64,000 bases of DNA, taken from assembly GCA_947307175.1 (NCBI GenBank), contig CAMZIK010000001.1, forward strand, positions 21,220 through 85,219, written 5' to 3'. The stretch is from an uncultured Clostridia bacterium (GTDB lineage Bacteria; Bacillota; Clostridia; Oscillospirales; Ruminococcaceae). Below the pieces are notes generated by a model. The model was not told the origin of the DNA and did not search any database. It saw only the letters and a program-made list of their open reading frames with translations. Of this stretch, positions 38,587 to 49,393 are shown piece after piece. Each line of letters begins with the position of its first letter. Position 1 is the first letter of the stretch. Made by a program: the position numbers and the translations under genes.

Positions 38587-40317
38587 TTATTCATCAGTGT
38601 CCTGCAAAGCTTCAAAGCCTTCTTCGCCTGTTCTTACCTTAACAACGTTCTCAACATCGTAAACGAAGATCTTTCCGTCGCCGATATGACCCGTATAGAG
38701 TGCCTTCTTGGCAGTTTCTATAACGCTTCTTACAGGCACCTTTACAACTACGATATCCACCTGTACCTTTGGCATAAGGTTTGTTTCAACAGCAACACCA
38801 CGGTAGTATTCAGGTTTACCCTTTTGTATGCCGTAACCCATAACGTGTGATACCGTCATGCCTGTGATGCCTATCTGGCTCATAGCCTTCTTCAGACGGT
38901 CAAGCTTGGACTCCTTGCATACAATCTCGACCTTGGTGATCTTAGGAGAAGTGCCGTCATCAAAGCTCGGAACCTTCTTGACAGGTATAGCTTCAGCCTC
39001 AGGAGTATCGCCTGCAACAGCAACAACGTCCTGATCGTCATAAGTTGTATACTTGTGAACAGCTGGCATAAAGTCAGGATATGCGCTTGGAAGACCATGC
39101 TCTGTTACGTCAAGTCCGAGTATCTCTTCCTCTGCAGTAGTACGAAGTCCGTTTGTTTTCTTTATGATAGCAAATGTGATTATCATCATTATAGCTGCGT
39201 AAACCGCAACAGAACCGAATCCTGCGAGTTGCAGACCGAGCTGCTTGAACTTGCCTGTGTAGCAAAGACCGTCCAGACCTGCAGGAGCGTCCGGGTTAGC
39301 AAACAGACCAACTGCAATAGTACCCCAGATACCGTTTGCCATATGTACGCCAACAGCACCAACAGGGTCGTCGATGTGGAGCTTGAGGTCGAGGAGTTCA
39401 ACTACCCATACAACCAGGAATCCTGAAACCAGACCTACGGCAGCTGCACCGATAGCATCGAATGCGTCTGTTCCTGCTGTAACAGCTACCAGACCTGCAA
39501 GTGATGCGTTGAGACACATAGAAACGTCGGGCTTGCCGTTCTTTTTCCATGTATAGATCATTGTTGTAACAGTTGCAACTGAAGGAGCGATAGTAGTTGT
39601 GATGAAGATAGATGAAAGCTCCGAAACACTTGTTGCAGCCGCACCGTTAAAGCCGTACCAGCCGAGCCAGAGGATAAATACTCCGAGTGCGCCGAGTGTG
39701 ATCGAGTGACCTGGGATAGCGTTTACCTTGATTACCTTACCGTCCTTATCACGCTCATACTTTCCTATTCTTTCGCCAAGGAACATCGCACCGATCAGAG
39801 CGGCGATACCGCCGACCATGTGGATAGCACAAGAACCTGCGTAGTCATGGAATCCGATCTGTGAAAGCCAACCGCCGCCCCAGATCCAATGCGCTTCGAT
39901 GGGATAGATGAAAAGTGAGATAACAGCTGAGTAGATGCAGTAGCTTGAGAACTTTGTTCTTCCGGCCATTGCGCCCGAAACGATCGTAGCAGTTGTTGCG
40001 CAGAACACGAGGTTGAATACGAATGTAGATGCGCCTGTGAAGCTGCCGTCGCCGGGGCTTGTTATGAATTCCTTGAAGTGAGTGAACATATCAAGGTTTG
40101 GTATACCTATGAGACCAAAGAGAGTATCTTCGCCCATCATAAGTGTGTAACCTAAAAGTGAGAACACAACAGTACCGATGCAGAAATCCATCAGGTTTTT
40201 CATAATGATGTTTCCTGCGTTCTTTGCACGGGTAAAGCCTGTCTCTACCATTGCAAAGCCTGCCTGCATCCAAAAGACCAATGCAGCGCCTATCAAAAAC
40301 CAAAATTCGACTGTCAT
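38587..40317 (-). CDS. amtB: Ammonium transporter fused to a C-terminal PII (GlnB/K) domain
   Basis: FWMQAGFAMVE, HDYAGS, WYGFN and DDPVGAVGVH; PII part GYGIQKG...YRG and TGHIGDGKIFV. Confidence 0.95.
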   Translation of the reverse strand: MTVEFWFLIGAALVFWMQAGFAMVETGFTRAKNAGNIIMKNLMDFCIGTVVFSLLGYTLMMGEDTLFGLIGIPNLDMFTHFKEFITSPGDGSFTGASTFVFNLVFCATTATIVSGAMAGRTKFSSYCIYSAVISLFIYPIEAHWIWGGGWLSQIGFHDYAGSCAIHMVGGIAALIGAMFLGERIGKYERDKDGKVIKVNAIPGHSITLGALGVFILWLGWYGFNGAAATSVSELSSIFITTTIAPSVATVTTMIYTWKKNGKPDVSMCLNASLAGLVAVTAGTDAFDAIGAAAVGLVSGFLVVWVVELLDLKLHIDDPVGAVGVHMANGIWGTIAVGLFANPDAPAGLDGLCYTGKFKQLGLQLAGFGSVAVYAAIMMIITFAIIKKTNGLRTTAEEEILGLDVTEHGLPSAYPDFMPAVHKYTTYDDQDVVAVAGDTPEAEAIPVKKVPSFDDGTSPKITKVEIVCKESKLDRLKKAMSQIGITGMTVSHVMGYGIQKGKPEYYRGVAVETNLMPKVQVDIVVVKVPVRSVIETAKKALYTGHIGDGKIFVYDVENVVKVRTGEEGFEALQDTDE

Positions 40318-40455
40318 AGGATCATATCCTTTCTATATTTATCTTTCCTTACTTTACTATAATTAGATAAAAGCCGTCCGTTCCTGTACGAAGATGGAAG
40401 TTATTTGTTGTTCACGCTATTGAAACAAAGCAGGAGACAGACGGCTTTTTAATAC

Positions 40456-42552
40456 TTATCTTACACCGAACAGAAGCTCGTCATAAGTCGGGAATGGCCA
40501 GAACTTAGCAGCTGTGATAGTTTCAGCCTCATCGCAGGAAGCTCTGAGCTTATCCATTACGCCCAGCAGCTCATCTCTGATAAGATAGCCTTCCTCGATA
40601 ACGTCCTTTGCACCCTGAACTTTTTCAAGTGCCTTTGAAAGCTCATCGAGGCTATTGTAAGCATCGCTTGCAAGCTGAGAGAGCTTCTTGACCGTTTCTG
40701 CCTCATATGTGCAGGTAAGGTCGGTAGCGAGTGATTTTTTAGCGTTAGCCGTTTTAGCAACGAAAGCTGCATATTCTTCGATCGCAGGAAGAATCTCTCT
40801 GCGAGCGATAAGCTCCATAGTATTTGCCTCGATAACAACTGCTTTGCAGTAGTTTTCAAGAGTGATCTCTGTACGGCTGCGAAGCTCTGCCTCAGAGAAT
40901 ACCTTGTGAGATGTCAGCATCTTAACGTTCTTTTCGTCCATAAGATGCGGGATAGCATCAGGAGTCGTGCGGTAGTTGAGCAGACCTCTTACCTCAGTTG
41001 CCTCCTTGATCCAGGCATCGTCATAGCCGTTTCCGTTGAAGATGATGCGCTTGTGATCGGTGATAGTCTTCTTGATCATCTCGTGAAGCTTTTCTTCAAA
41101 GTTATCTGCCTTTTCAAGTCTGTCTGCGTAGATCTTCAGGCTTTCTGCAACAGCAGCGTTGAGCATGATATTTGCGCATGCGATAGAGTTTGAAGAACCG
41201 AGCATTCTGAACTCGAACTTGTTTCCTGTGAAAGCGAACGGTGAAGTTCTGTTTCTGTCCGTTGTATCTCTTGAGAAGCTTGGCAGAACACTTACGCCCA
41301 GCTTCATGACCTTCTTTTCAACACCCTCATACGGTGTGTCTGTCTCAATTGCCTTGAGGATACCTTCAAGCTCTTCACCGAGGAAGATAGAGATAACAGC
41401 CGGAGGAGCTTCGTTAGCACCGAGTCTGTGGTCGTTGCCTGCCGTTGCAACTGAAATTCTCAGCAGATCCTGATAATCGTCAACAGCCTTGATAACTGCA
41501 CACAGGAACAGCAGGAACTGTGCGTTCTCGTAAGGTGTCTCGCCCGGTGTCAGCAGGTTTACGCCTGTGTCCGTTGCGATAGACCAGTTGTTGTGCTTGC
41601 CCGAACCGTTGACATTAGCGAACGGCTTTTCGTGCAGCAGGCAAACAAGTCCGTGTTTCTTAGCGACCTTCTGCATGATCTCCATAGTCAGCTGGTTGTG
41701 GTCGGTCGCAATATTAGTTGTTGCGTAGATAGGAGCAAGCTCGTGCTGAGCAGGTGCGACCTCGTTGTGCTGAGTTTTAGCGAGGATTCCGAGCTTCCAG
41801 AGTTCCTCGTTCAGATCGGACATGTAAGCCTCGACTCTCGGCTTGATAACGCCGAAGTAGTGGTCGTCAAGCTCCTGCCCTTTGGGCGGCTTAGCTCCGA
41901 AAAGCGTTCTGCCGGTATAAATAAGGTCTTTTCTTTTATCGTAGAGTTCCTTTGGAATGAGGAAGTATTCCTGTTCCGGTCCTACCGATGTCGTAACGTG
42001 CTGTACAGTATCATTTCCGAACAGTCTCAGGATACGCAGTGCCTGCTTGTTGAGTGCCTGCATCGAACGAAGCAGAGGAGTCTTTTTGTCCAGTGCCTCT
42101 CCGCCGTATGAGCAGAAAGCTGTCGGAATGCAAAGTGTCTTTCCTTTAATAAATGCATAAGATGTCGGATCCCATGCTGTATATCCTCTTGCCTCAAATG
42201 TAGCTCTGAGTCCGCCGGAAGGAAAGCTCGATGCATCAGGCTCACCCTTGATAAGTTCCTTGCCGGAGAAGTCCATGATAACTCTGCCGTCAGGTGAAGG
42301 CGAGATGAAGCTGTCGTGCTTTTCAGCAGTGATGCCGGTCAGCGGCTGGAACCAGTGTGTGTAGTGTGTCGCACCGTTTTCAACTGCCCACTCCTTCATA
42401 GCCTCAGCTACTGCGTTTGCAACTGTGATGTCCAGCTTTGCACCGATGTCGATGGTCTCTTTCAATGACTTGTAGACCTTGGACGAAAGCCTGGATTTCA
42501 TCACTCTGTCATCAAATACCTTGCTTGCAAAAATTTCTGTTACATTGCTCAT
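40456..42552 (-). CDS. glnA: Glutamine synthetase type III (GlnN)
   Basis: 698 aa; [49 protein letters not shown] and [17 protein letters not shown]. Confidence 0.95.
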   Translation of the reverse strand: MSNVTEIFASKVFDDRVMKSRLSSKVYKSLKETIDIGAKLDITVANAVAEAMKEWAVENGATHYTHWFQPLTGITAEKHDSFISPSPDGRVIMDFSGKELIKGEPDASSFPSGGLRATFEARGYTAWDPTSYAFIKGKTLCIPTAFCSYGGEALDKKTPLLRSMQALNKQALRILRLFGNDTVQHVTTSVGPEQEYFLIPKELYDKRKDLIYTGRTLFGAKPPKGQELDDHYFGVIKPRVEAYMSDLNEELWKLGILAKTQHNEVAPAQHELAPIYATTNIATDHNQLTMEIMQKVAKKHGLVCLLHEKPFANVNGSGKHNNWSIATDTGVNLLTPGETPYENAQFLLFLCAVIKAVDDYQDLLRISVATAGNDHRLGANEAPPAVISIFLGEELEGILKAIETDTPYEGVEKKVMKLGVSVLPSFSRDTTDRNRTSPFAFTGNKFEFRMLGSSNSIACANIMLNAAVAESLKIYADRLEKADNFEEKLHEMIKKTITDHKRIIFNGNGYDDAWIKEATEVRGLLNYRTTPDAIPHLMDEKNVKMLTSHKVFSEAELRSRTEITLENYCKAVVIEANTMELIARREILPAIEEYAAFVAKTANAKKSLATDLTCTYEAETVKKLSQLASDAYNSLDELSKALEKVQGAKDVIEEGYLIRDELLGVMDKLRASCDEAETITAAKFWPFPTYDELLFGVR

Positions 42553-42583
42553 TTTTCATTTCCTCCCTCGAAAATTTGATCAT

Positions 42584-42779
42584 AATAAAAGCGCCCTTGC
42601 GCAGAAGATGCTCTGCGGTAAGGACGCCGTTGCCCGATATTATATATAAGGTGTACCGATGCTGCCAAAAAGCAGCTGTAACAAAAAAATAGAGACAAAT
42701 ACTTGAAGTTGACCAGTTTACTTCAAGACTCCTTTGCCTCTATGTCTTGCATTATACACCCTCATTTTTGATTTGTCAA
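42584..42779 (-). promoter_or_regulatory. GS-III promoter plus two tandem attenuator terminators, each overlapped by an ANTAR-type hexaloop hairpin
   Basis: TTGACA-17-TATAAT (42779-42751). Hairpin GGC-AAAGGA-GTC (42738-42727) sits in the 5' arm of terminator 42741-42683. Hairpin GGGC-AACGGC-GTCC (42635-42622) overlaps terminator 42628-42584. Confidence 0.75.
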
Positions 42780-42852
42780 CCCCTTTTTTGATGAATTTTT
42801 GCATTTTACAATTACAAAACTTGCAGTTTACAAATAATTTATATATGTAAAC

Positions 42853-42945
42853 TTGACAAAAATGAAATTCTGAGTTATAATACTTGCAAATGGGCAAAGG
42901 CGTTCATTCAGCTTGCGGGCTGAGTGACGCCTTTTTTATTTTTTT
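42853..42945 (+). promoter_or_regulatory. glt operon promoter plus attenuator terminator with ANTAR-type hairpin
   Basis: TTGACA-17-TATAAT. GGGC-AAAGGC-GTTC (42892-42905) overlaps the stem AAAGGCGTTCATTCAGC/GCTGAGTGACGCCTTT, followed by a T-run. Confidence 0.75.
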
Positions 42946-43065
42946 ACTTGTAAGAGATAAGAGGTAAGATGTAAGAAAAACACCATAGCCTAAGACTATA
43001 TTTTTCTTACCACTTACTTCTGAAAAGTGAAGCGATCTTGATTATTCTAAAAGGGAGAGATGATA

Positions 43066-44160
43066 ATGTTGAAAAGAGAAGGAGAGATCCGTATCCCGTC
43101 AGGCTGTGCGATAGCAGCCGTTATATCAAAAGAGGGAAAGGGTATCAGAGGCGATCTTATCTCAGAGGCAATGAAGCCGATGCATGACCGTTCAAACGGA
43201 CTTGGCGGCGGTTTTGCAGGCTATGGCATTTACCCGGAGATGAGAGATTTTTTTGCCTTCCACATTTTCTTTGACCACCGTTCAACCAGAAAAGAGTGCG
43301 AAGCATTATTAAAGGAAAGGTTTGAGATCGTAAAGGGCGAGCTTATCCCTACAAGGAAGATCCCCCAGATAACCGATGAGCCTATCATCTGGAGATATTT
43401 TGTCGCACCTCTGAAATCAATGCTTGCAGCCGAGCAGATAGATGAGAACGAGTTCGTTGCAAGAACCGTTGTAAAGATCAATACCCAGCTCAAAGGCGCA
43501 TATGTGTTTTCCAGCGGAAAGAATATGGGCTGCTTCAAGGCAGTAGGCTTCCCTGAAGATGTCGGAGAGTTTTACAGACTTGAAGAATATGAAGGATATT
43601 CCTGGACAGCTCACGGACGTTACCCGACCAACACTCCTGGCTGGTGGGGCGGCGCTCACCCGTTCTCGCTGCTTGATTATTCGGTAGTTCATAATGGCGA
43701 AATATCCTCATACGATGCCAACAGAAGATATATTGAAATGTTCGGATATAAATGTACCCTTCAGACAGATACCGAGGTCATCACTTATATAATAGACTAC
43801 CTGCTCAGAAGACAGAAGCTTACTCTTGAAGAGGTCGCTTCGGTCATCGCAGCACCGTTTTGGAGTACGATAAATGCAAAACCTGAAAAGGAAAAAGAAA
43901 AGCTTACCTATCTGCGTACAGTCTTTTCAAATCTGCTTATAACAGGACCGTTCTCAATAGTATTCGGCTGGGACGGCGGACTCATGGCTCTCAATGACCG
44001 CCTCAAGCTTCGTTCGATGATAACCGCCGAAAAAGACGATAAGGTATTCATCGCAAGCGAAGAAGCCGCAATAATCGCAATGGAACCGGAAGCAGAGAAT
44101 TTCTATGCGCCAAGCGGCGGAGAGCCTGTTATAGTTCGTGTCAAGGAGGGTAAATTCTGA
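43066..44160 (+). CDS. Glutamate synthase amidotransferase subunit (GltB domain 1)
   Basis: SGCAI, DRSNGLGGGF, AHGRYPTN, HNGEISS and TDTEV. Confidence 0.9.
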   Translation: MLKREGEIRIPSGCAIAAVISKEGKGIRGDLISEAMKPMHDRSNGLGGGFAGYGIYPEMRDFFAFHIFFDHRSTRKECEALLKERFEIVKGELIPTRKIPQITDEPIIWRYFVAPLKSMLAAEQIDENEFVARTVVKINTQLKGAYVFSSGKNMGCFKAVGFPEDVGEFYRLEEYEGYSWTAHGRYPTNTPGWWGGAHPFSLLDYSVVHNGEISSYDANRRYIEMFGYKCTLQTDTEVITYIIDYLLRRQKLTLEEVASVIAAPFWSTINAKPEKEKEKLTYLRTVFSNLLITGPFSIVFGWDGGLMALNDRLKLRSMITAEKDDKVFIASEEAAIIAMEPEAENFYAPSGGEPVIVRVKEGKF

Positions 44161-45665
44161 TGATAGATCAATATATATATCCTGAATTTGAAGTGGTAAG
44201 AAATCAGAACCGCTGTATTTCCTGCCGTGTGTGCGAAAGGCAGTGCGCAAACGAGGTACACCGTTATGATACAGACCTCGGAGTAATGCTTTCGGACGAG
44301 ACTAAATGTGTGAATTGTCAGAGATGTGTTTCGCTCTGTCCGACCCACGCTCTTAAAATAGTAAAGAGCGACTGCCGCTTGCGTGAGAACGCAAACTGGT
44401 CCGACCAGACCATCAAAGAGGTCTATAAGCAGGCAAACAGCGGCGGCGTGCTGCTGTCGTCAATGGGTAACCCTACACCGCTTCCTGTCTATTGGGACAA
44501 GATCCTTATCAATGCCTCACAGGTTACTAACCCGCCTATCGACCCGCTGAGAGAACCAATGGAAACTAAAGTCTTCCTCGGCAAAAAGCCCGAAAAGGTG
44601 CTGCGCCGTGCAAGCGGTGAGCTTATCACACAGATGCCTCCGCAGATCGAGCTTTCCATGCCTGTGATGTTCTCAGCGATGAGCTACGGCTCAATAAGCT
44701 ATAACGCCCACGCATCTCTTGCAAGAGCAGCAACAGAGCTTGGTATCTGCTATAACACAGGTGAAGGCGGTCTGCATGAAGACTTCTACTGCTATGGCGA
44801 GAACACCATAGTCCAGGTCGCATCAGGACGTTTCGGAGTTCATAAGAATTATCTTGAAGCCGCAGCCGCAGTCGAAATAAAAATGGGACAGGGCGCTAAG
44901 CCGGGTATCGGCGGACACCTGCCGGGCGCGAAAATCGTCGGAGACATTTCAAGGACCAGAATGATCCCCGAAGGCTCAGACGCTATCTCGCCTGCACCTC
45001 ATCATGACATCTATTCGATCGAAGACCTCAGACAGCTCGTTTATTCGCTCAAAGAAGCGACCGACTATAAAAAGCCTGTCATCATCAAGGTCGCAGCCGT
45101 TCATAATATCGCCGCTATCGCCAGCGGTATCGCAAGAAGCGGAGCAGATATAATCGCTATCGACGGCTTCAGAGGCGGTACAGGCGCAGCTCCGACAAGG
45201 ATAAGAGACAACGTCGGTATCCCGATAGAGCTTGCCCTTGCAGCCGTTGACCAGAGACTTCGTGACGAAGGAATAAGAAATAATGTTTCACTCGTTGTCG
45301 GAGGAAGCGTGCGCTCCGCAGCAGATGTTGTCAAGGCTGTCGCTCTCGGCGCAGATGCAGTCTATGTTGCCACCGCAGCGCTGCTCGCACTTGGCTGCCA
45401 CCTCTGCCGTACCTGCCACAGCGGCAAGTGCAACTGGGGTATCGCGACCCAGAGACCTGACCTTGTCAAGAGGCTCAACCCCGATATAGGAAGCCGCAGA
45501 CTTGTCAATCTGATGAATGCTTGGCGTCATGAGATAAAAGAACTCATGGGAGCTATGGGCATCAACTCCATCGAATGTCTGCGTGGAAACAGACTTATGC
45601 TCAGAGGCGTTGGTCTGACCGCAAAAGAGCTTGAGATACTCGGCATCTCGCACGCCGGAGAATAA
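44160..45665 (+). CDS. Glutamate synthase FMN-binding subunit with 2x[4Fe-4S] (GltB domain 2)
   Basis: CISCRVC, CVNCQRC, AMSYGSIS, NTGEGG, EIKMGQGAKPG and CHLCRTC. Confidence 0.92.
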   Translation: MIDQYIYPEFEVVRNQNRCISCRVCERQCANEVHRYDTDLGVMLSDETKCVNCQRCVSLCPTHALKIVKSDCRLRENANWSDQTIKEVYKQANSGGVLLSSMGNPTPLPVYWDKILINASQVTNPPIDPLREPMETKVFLGKKPEKVLRRASGELITQMPPQIELSMPVMFSAMSYGSISYNAHASLARAATELGICYNTGEGGLHEDFYCYGENTIVQVASGRFGVHKNYLEAAAAVEIKMGQGAKPGIGGHLPGAKIVGDISRTRMIPEGSDAISPAPHHDIYSIEDLRQLVYSLKEATDYKKPVIIKVAAVHNIAAIASGIARSGADIIAIDGFRGGTGAAPTRIRDNVGIPIELALAAVDQRLRDEGIRNNVSLVVGGSVRSAADVVKAVALGADAVYVATAALLALGCHLCRTCHSGKCNWGIATQRPDLVKRLNPDIGSRRLVNLMNAWRHEIKELMGAMGINSIECLRGNRLMLRGVGLTAKELEILGISHAGE

Positions 45666-45683
45666 CGAAAGGGGATAGCACAA

Positions 45684-46124
45684 ATGAAACGAGTATATGT
45701 AAATGAAAAATGGTGTCTGGGCTGTCACCTTTGCGAATACAACTGTGCTTTTGCCAATTCGGGAATGACCGATATGGTCAAGGCGCTGAAGGACAAGCCT
45801 ATCTATCCCCGTGTCCACATCGAGCAGTCAGATGACATCACCTATGCTGTCTCCTGCCGCCACTGCAAAGACCCGCTTTGCGTGAAAAGCTGTATCGCAG
45901 GAGCGATAAGCATCGTTGACGGCGTCGTAAAGATAGACAAAACAAAATGCGTCGGCTGCCTGACCTGCGTTCTGGTCTGCCCGTACGGCGCAGTAAGACC
46001 GGGACCGACAGGCGCTGCACAGAAGTGCGAGCTTTGCCTTGAAAACAGCTGCGGCGAGCCTGCCTGTGTAAAAGGCTGCCCGAACAATGCGATAGTTTAT
46101 GAGGAAAGGCAGGAAGAAAAATGA
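45684..46124 (+). CDS. 4Fe-4S dicluster ferredoxin-like protein
   Basis: CLGCHLC, CRHC..PLC, CVGCLTC and KCELC motifs. Confidence 0.92.
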   Translation: MKRVYVNEKWCLGCHLCEYNCAFANSGMTDMVKALKDKPIYPRVHIEQSDDITYAVSCRHCKDPLCVKSCIAGAISIVDGVVKIDKTKCVGCLTCVLVCPYGAVRPGPTGAAQKCELCLENSCGEPACVKGCPNNAIVYEERQEEK

Positions 46125-47359
46125 GCAAGTTTGTTATAATCGGAAACGGCGTTGCTGCCGCAGGCTGCATCGAAGGTATCCGCAGCATTGACAAGGAAAG
46201 CGAGATAACCGTTATCTCTGCCGAAAAGCACCCTGTATATTCGAGACCTCTTATCTCATACTATCTTGAAGGCAAGACCACTCTTGAAAAGATGAACTAC
46301 CGCAGCGAGGATTTTTATGAAAAAAATAAAGCCGAGCTGGTCTATGCATCAGCTGAAAAAATAGATCTCAAAAAAGGCGAAGTTGCATTCGGCAGCAAGA
46401 AAACAAAGTTCGATAAGCTCTGCATCGCCGCAGGCTCATCACCTTTCGTTCCGCCGATGGACGGTCTTGACAGCGTAAAAGAGAAGTTCACATTCATGAC
46501 CATGGACGATAGCCTTGCACTTGAAAAGGCACTGAAAAAAGACAGCAGAGTGCTGATCGTCGGCGCTGGTCTTATCGGTCTCAAATGTGCCGAGGGCATA
46601 CTTGAAAGAGTAGGCAGCGTAACAGTCGTTGACCTTGCCGACAGAGTTCTTTCAAGTATCCTCGATAATGAGTGCGCAGCTGTGATGCAAAAGCATCTCG
46701 AAAGCAAAGGTATGAAGTTCCTGCTTTCTGACAGCGTTGCAAAGCTTGAAACGGATAAAGCCGTAATGAAAAGCGGCAAGACTGTGGAGTTCGATGTGCT
46801 TGTGCTTGCCGTCGGCGTAAGAGCCAATACTCAGCTCGCCAAGGACGCAGGCGCAGAGGTCAACAGAGGAATCATCATCGACACCAAAATGCAGACTACA
46901 CTTGAAAATGTCTATGCCGCAGGCGACTGCACCGAGGGCTATGACAGCTCCATAGATGCAAACAGAGTGCTTGCTATCCTGCCAAATGCCTATATGCAGG
47001 GCTTCTGCGCAGGAGTGAATATGGCAGGCGGCGACAGCAGCATAACAAATGCAATACCAATGAACTCCATCGGCTTCTTCGGTCTGCATTGTACAAGTGC
47101 AGGCAGCTACTTTGCACAGGGCGAAGGCGAGGTATATGAGGAAAAAAGCTGCGGCGGCATAAAAAGACTGTATATCAAAGACAATAAACTTACCGGATAT
47201 ATCATCATCGGTGATGTGACAGGAGCCGGAATATATACGAGAATTATACGTGAAAAGACGGATTTGAGCGGAGTAAATATAGACAAATTGAAAAATAATG
47301 CAACACTGGCTATGTTTTTGCCCGAAACCCGTAGAAAAATGCTCGGAGGTGTGGTATAA
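46121..47359 (+). CDS. NAD(P)/FAD-dependent oxidoreductase (glutamate synthase-associated)
   Basis: IIGNGVAA, IVGAGLIG and YAAGDC. Confidence 0.9.
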   Translation: MSKFVIIGNGVAAAGCIEGIRSIDKESEITVISAEKHPVYSRPLISYYLEGKTTLEKMNYRSEDFYEKNKAELVYASAEKIDLKKGEVAFGSKKTKFDKLCIAAGSSPFVPPMDGLDSVKEKFTFMTMDDSLALEKALKKDSRVLIVGAGLIGLKCAEGILERVGSVTVVDLADRVLSSILDNECAAVMQKHLESKGMKFLLSDSVAKLETDKAVMKSGKTVEFDVLVLAVGVRANTQLAKDAGAEVNRGIIIDTKMQTTLENVYAAGDCTEGYDSSIDANRVLAILPNAYMQGFCAGVNMAGGDSSITNAIPMNSIGFFGLHCTSAGSYFAQGEGEVYEEKSCGGIKRLYIKDNKLTGYIIIGDVTGAGIYTRIIREKTDLSGVNIDKLKNNATLAMFLPETRRKMLGGVV

Positions 47360-48078
47360 TGAATATCAATGCAACAGGTCTTGACTTTGTTGACCTTAAT
47401 GAAGCACTGCGTCAGAGCCGCGGCAACTGCAATATCACCCATTGTCTCGGTCAGCGTTTCCTTGCCGCAGGCATCTCCGATAAGACCGTAACAGTGAGCG
47501 GTGTGCCGGGAAATGCGCTGGGAGCGTATCTCAACGGCGCAAAGATAGAAGTCATGGGAAATGCTCAGGATGCAGTCGGCGATACTATGAACGACGGAAC
47601 GATAGTGATCCACGGAAACGTCGGCGATGCAGTCGGCTATGCGATGCGCGGAGGACACATCTATGTCCAGGGCAACGCAGGCTACCGTGCAGGTATCCAT
47701 ATGAAAGCCTATAAGGAAAAACAGCCTGCACTCATCATCGGCGGAAAGGCTGGAAGCTTCCTTGGAGAGTATCAGGCAGGCGGAACTATCATCGTGCTTG
47801 GTCTTGCTGATAACGATAAGCCTATCGTCGGCAATTTCCCGTCAACGGGAATGCACGGCGGAAAAATGTATCTGCGCAGCGACTGCAAGGACATCAGGTT
47901 CCCAAGTCAGGTCCATACGCACCCGGCAAGCAAGGAAGAACTTGATGAGATAGACCACTATCTCAGGCATTACTGCAGTTACTTTGATAAGGACCTCAAA
48001 GAGCTGCTGGATTCACCTTTCACCGTCGTTATGCCTGACAGCCGCAACCCGTACCGTCAGATGTACGTAGCAAATTAG
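47359..48078 (+). CDS. Glutamate synthase GXGXG subunit (GltB domain 3)
   Basis: GQRFLAAG, GNALGAYLNG, GDTMNDG and GEYQAGG repeats. Confidence 0.9.
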   Translation: MNINATGLDFVDLNEALRQSRGNCNITHCLGQRFLAAGISDKTVTVSGVPGNALGAYLNGAKIEVMGNAQDAVGDTMNDGTIVIHGNVGDAVGYAMRGGHIYVQGNAGYRAGIHMKAYKEKQPALIIGGKAGSFLGEYQAGGTIIVLGLADNDKPIVGNFPSTGMHGGKMYLRSDCKDIRFPSQVHTHPASKEELDEIDHYLRHYCSYFDKDLKELLDSPFTVVMPDSRNPYRQMYVAN

Positions 48079-48164
48079 AGTCAAGATAAAAAAAGGAGCA
48101 AGAGGCAGGATGAAGATCTTACCTCTTACATCTGTTTCTTACATCTAATATACAGGAGGACACT

Positions 48165-49373
48165 ATGAAATATACACCTCAGGAGATAATACAATATGCC
48201 GCAGAAGAAGATGTCAAATTCATACGTCTTGCATTCTGCGATGTTTACGGAAAGCAGAAGAACATTTCTATAATGCCCGGCGAGCTTGAGAGAGCCTTTG
48301 AGCAGGGAATTGGCTTTGATGCGTCTGCTGTCAGAGGTTTTGGCAACGAGGCAAGAAGCGATCTGATGCTTTTCCCCGATCCTGATACGCTTTCGGTGCT
48401 TCCGTGGCGACCCGAGCATGGCAGGGTAGTGAGAATGTTCTGCTCGATAAAAAAGCCTAACGGACAGCCGTTTGAATGTGATACCAGAAGCCTTCTGGTC
48501 AAGGCTGCTGAGGAGGCAAAAAAGCAGGGGATAGATTTTTCGTTCGGTTCTGCGCTGGAGTTTTACCTGTTCAAGCTCGACGAAAATGACAACCCTACCA
48601 CAATACCCTATGATACTGCAAGCTATATGGATATTGCTCCCGAGGACAAGGGAGAAAATATCAGAAGACAGATCTGCCTGCACCTTGAACAGATGGGAAT
48701 AATCCCGCAAAGCTCCCACCATGAAGAAGGACCCGGTCAGAACAAGATAGATTTCCACTATTCCGGTCCGCTTACTGCCGCAGACGATGTTATGTCCTAT
48801 AAGACCGTCGTAAAGACAGTTGCACATTCAAACGGCCTGATCGCAGATTTTTCGCCCAAACCGCTGAAGGATAAACCGGGCAATGCTTTTCATATAAACA
48901 TCTCGATAAAAAGCGACAAGACCCACACCTTGCTGCCGTCCGTGATCGCAGGTATCATGCAGCATATCAAGGATATAACCCTTTTCCTTGATCCCTGCAA
49001 TGCTTCGTATGAGCGACTCGGAAAGTTCAAAGCGCCTAAGTATATCTCATGGTCAGGCGAAAACCGTTCGCAGCTCGTGCGCATACCTGCCGCAAAAGGA
49101 GAGTACAGACGAGCAGAGCTTCGCTGCGCAGACCCCACCGCAAACCCGTATCTTGCCTATACCCTGCTCATCTATGCAGGACTGTACGGCATAAAAAATG
49201 AACTGTATCTTCCGCCTGTCGCCGATTTTGACCTGTTCAGCGCAGACGAGTCAGTGACAAGATCTTTCGATACGCTTCCGTCAAATCTTTCACAGGCGAA
49301 AAAATATGCCTCGGAAAGCGAATTTGTCAAAGCATATCTGCCGCAGAGACTCATCGACATCTACTGCAAATAA
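48165..49373 (+). CDS. Glutamine synthetase type I homolog with degenerate active site
   Basis: FIRLAFCD, GFDAS, RSQLVRIP and ELRCADPTANPYL are present, but GSALEF, GQNKIDF and RLGKFKAP replace three catalytic Glu. Confidence 0.88.
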   Translation: MKYTPQEIIQYAAEEDVKFIRLAFCDVYGKQKNISIMPGELERAFEQGIGFDASAVRGFGNEARSDLMLFPDPDTLSVLPWRPEHGRVVRMFCSIKKPNGQPFECDTRSLLVKAAEEAKKQGIDFSFGSALEFYLFKLDENDNPTTIPYDTASYMDIAPEDKGENIRRQICLHLEQMGIIPQSSHHEEGPGQNKIDFHYSGPLTAADDVMSYKTVVKTVAHSNGLIADFSPKPLKDKPGNAFHINISIKSDKTHTLLPSVIAGIMQHIKDITLFLDPCNASYERLGKFKAPKYISWSGENRSQLVRIPAAKGEYRRAELRCADPTANPYLAYTLLIYAGLYGIKNELYLPPVADFDLFSADESVTRSFDTLPSNLSQAKKYASESEFVKAYLPQRLIDIYCK

Positions 49374-49393
49374 AGAAAAAGCAGGAACATGAT

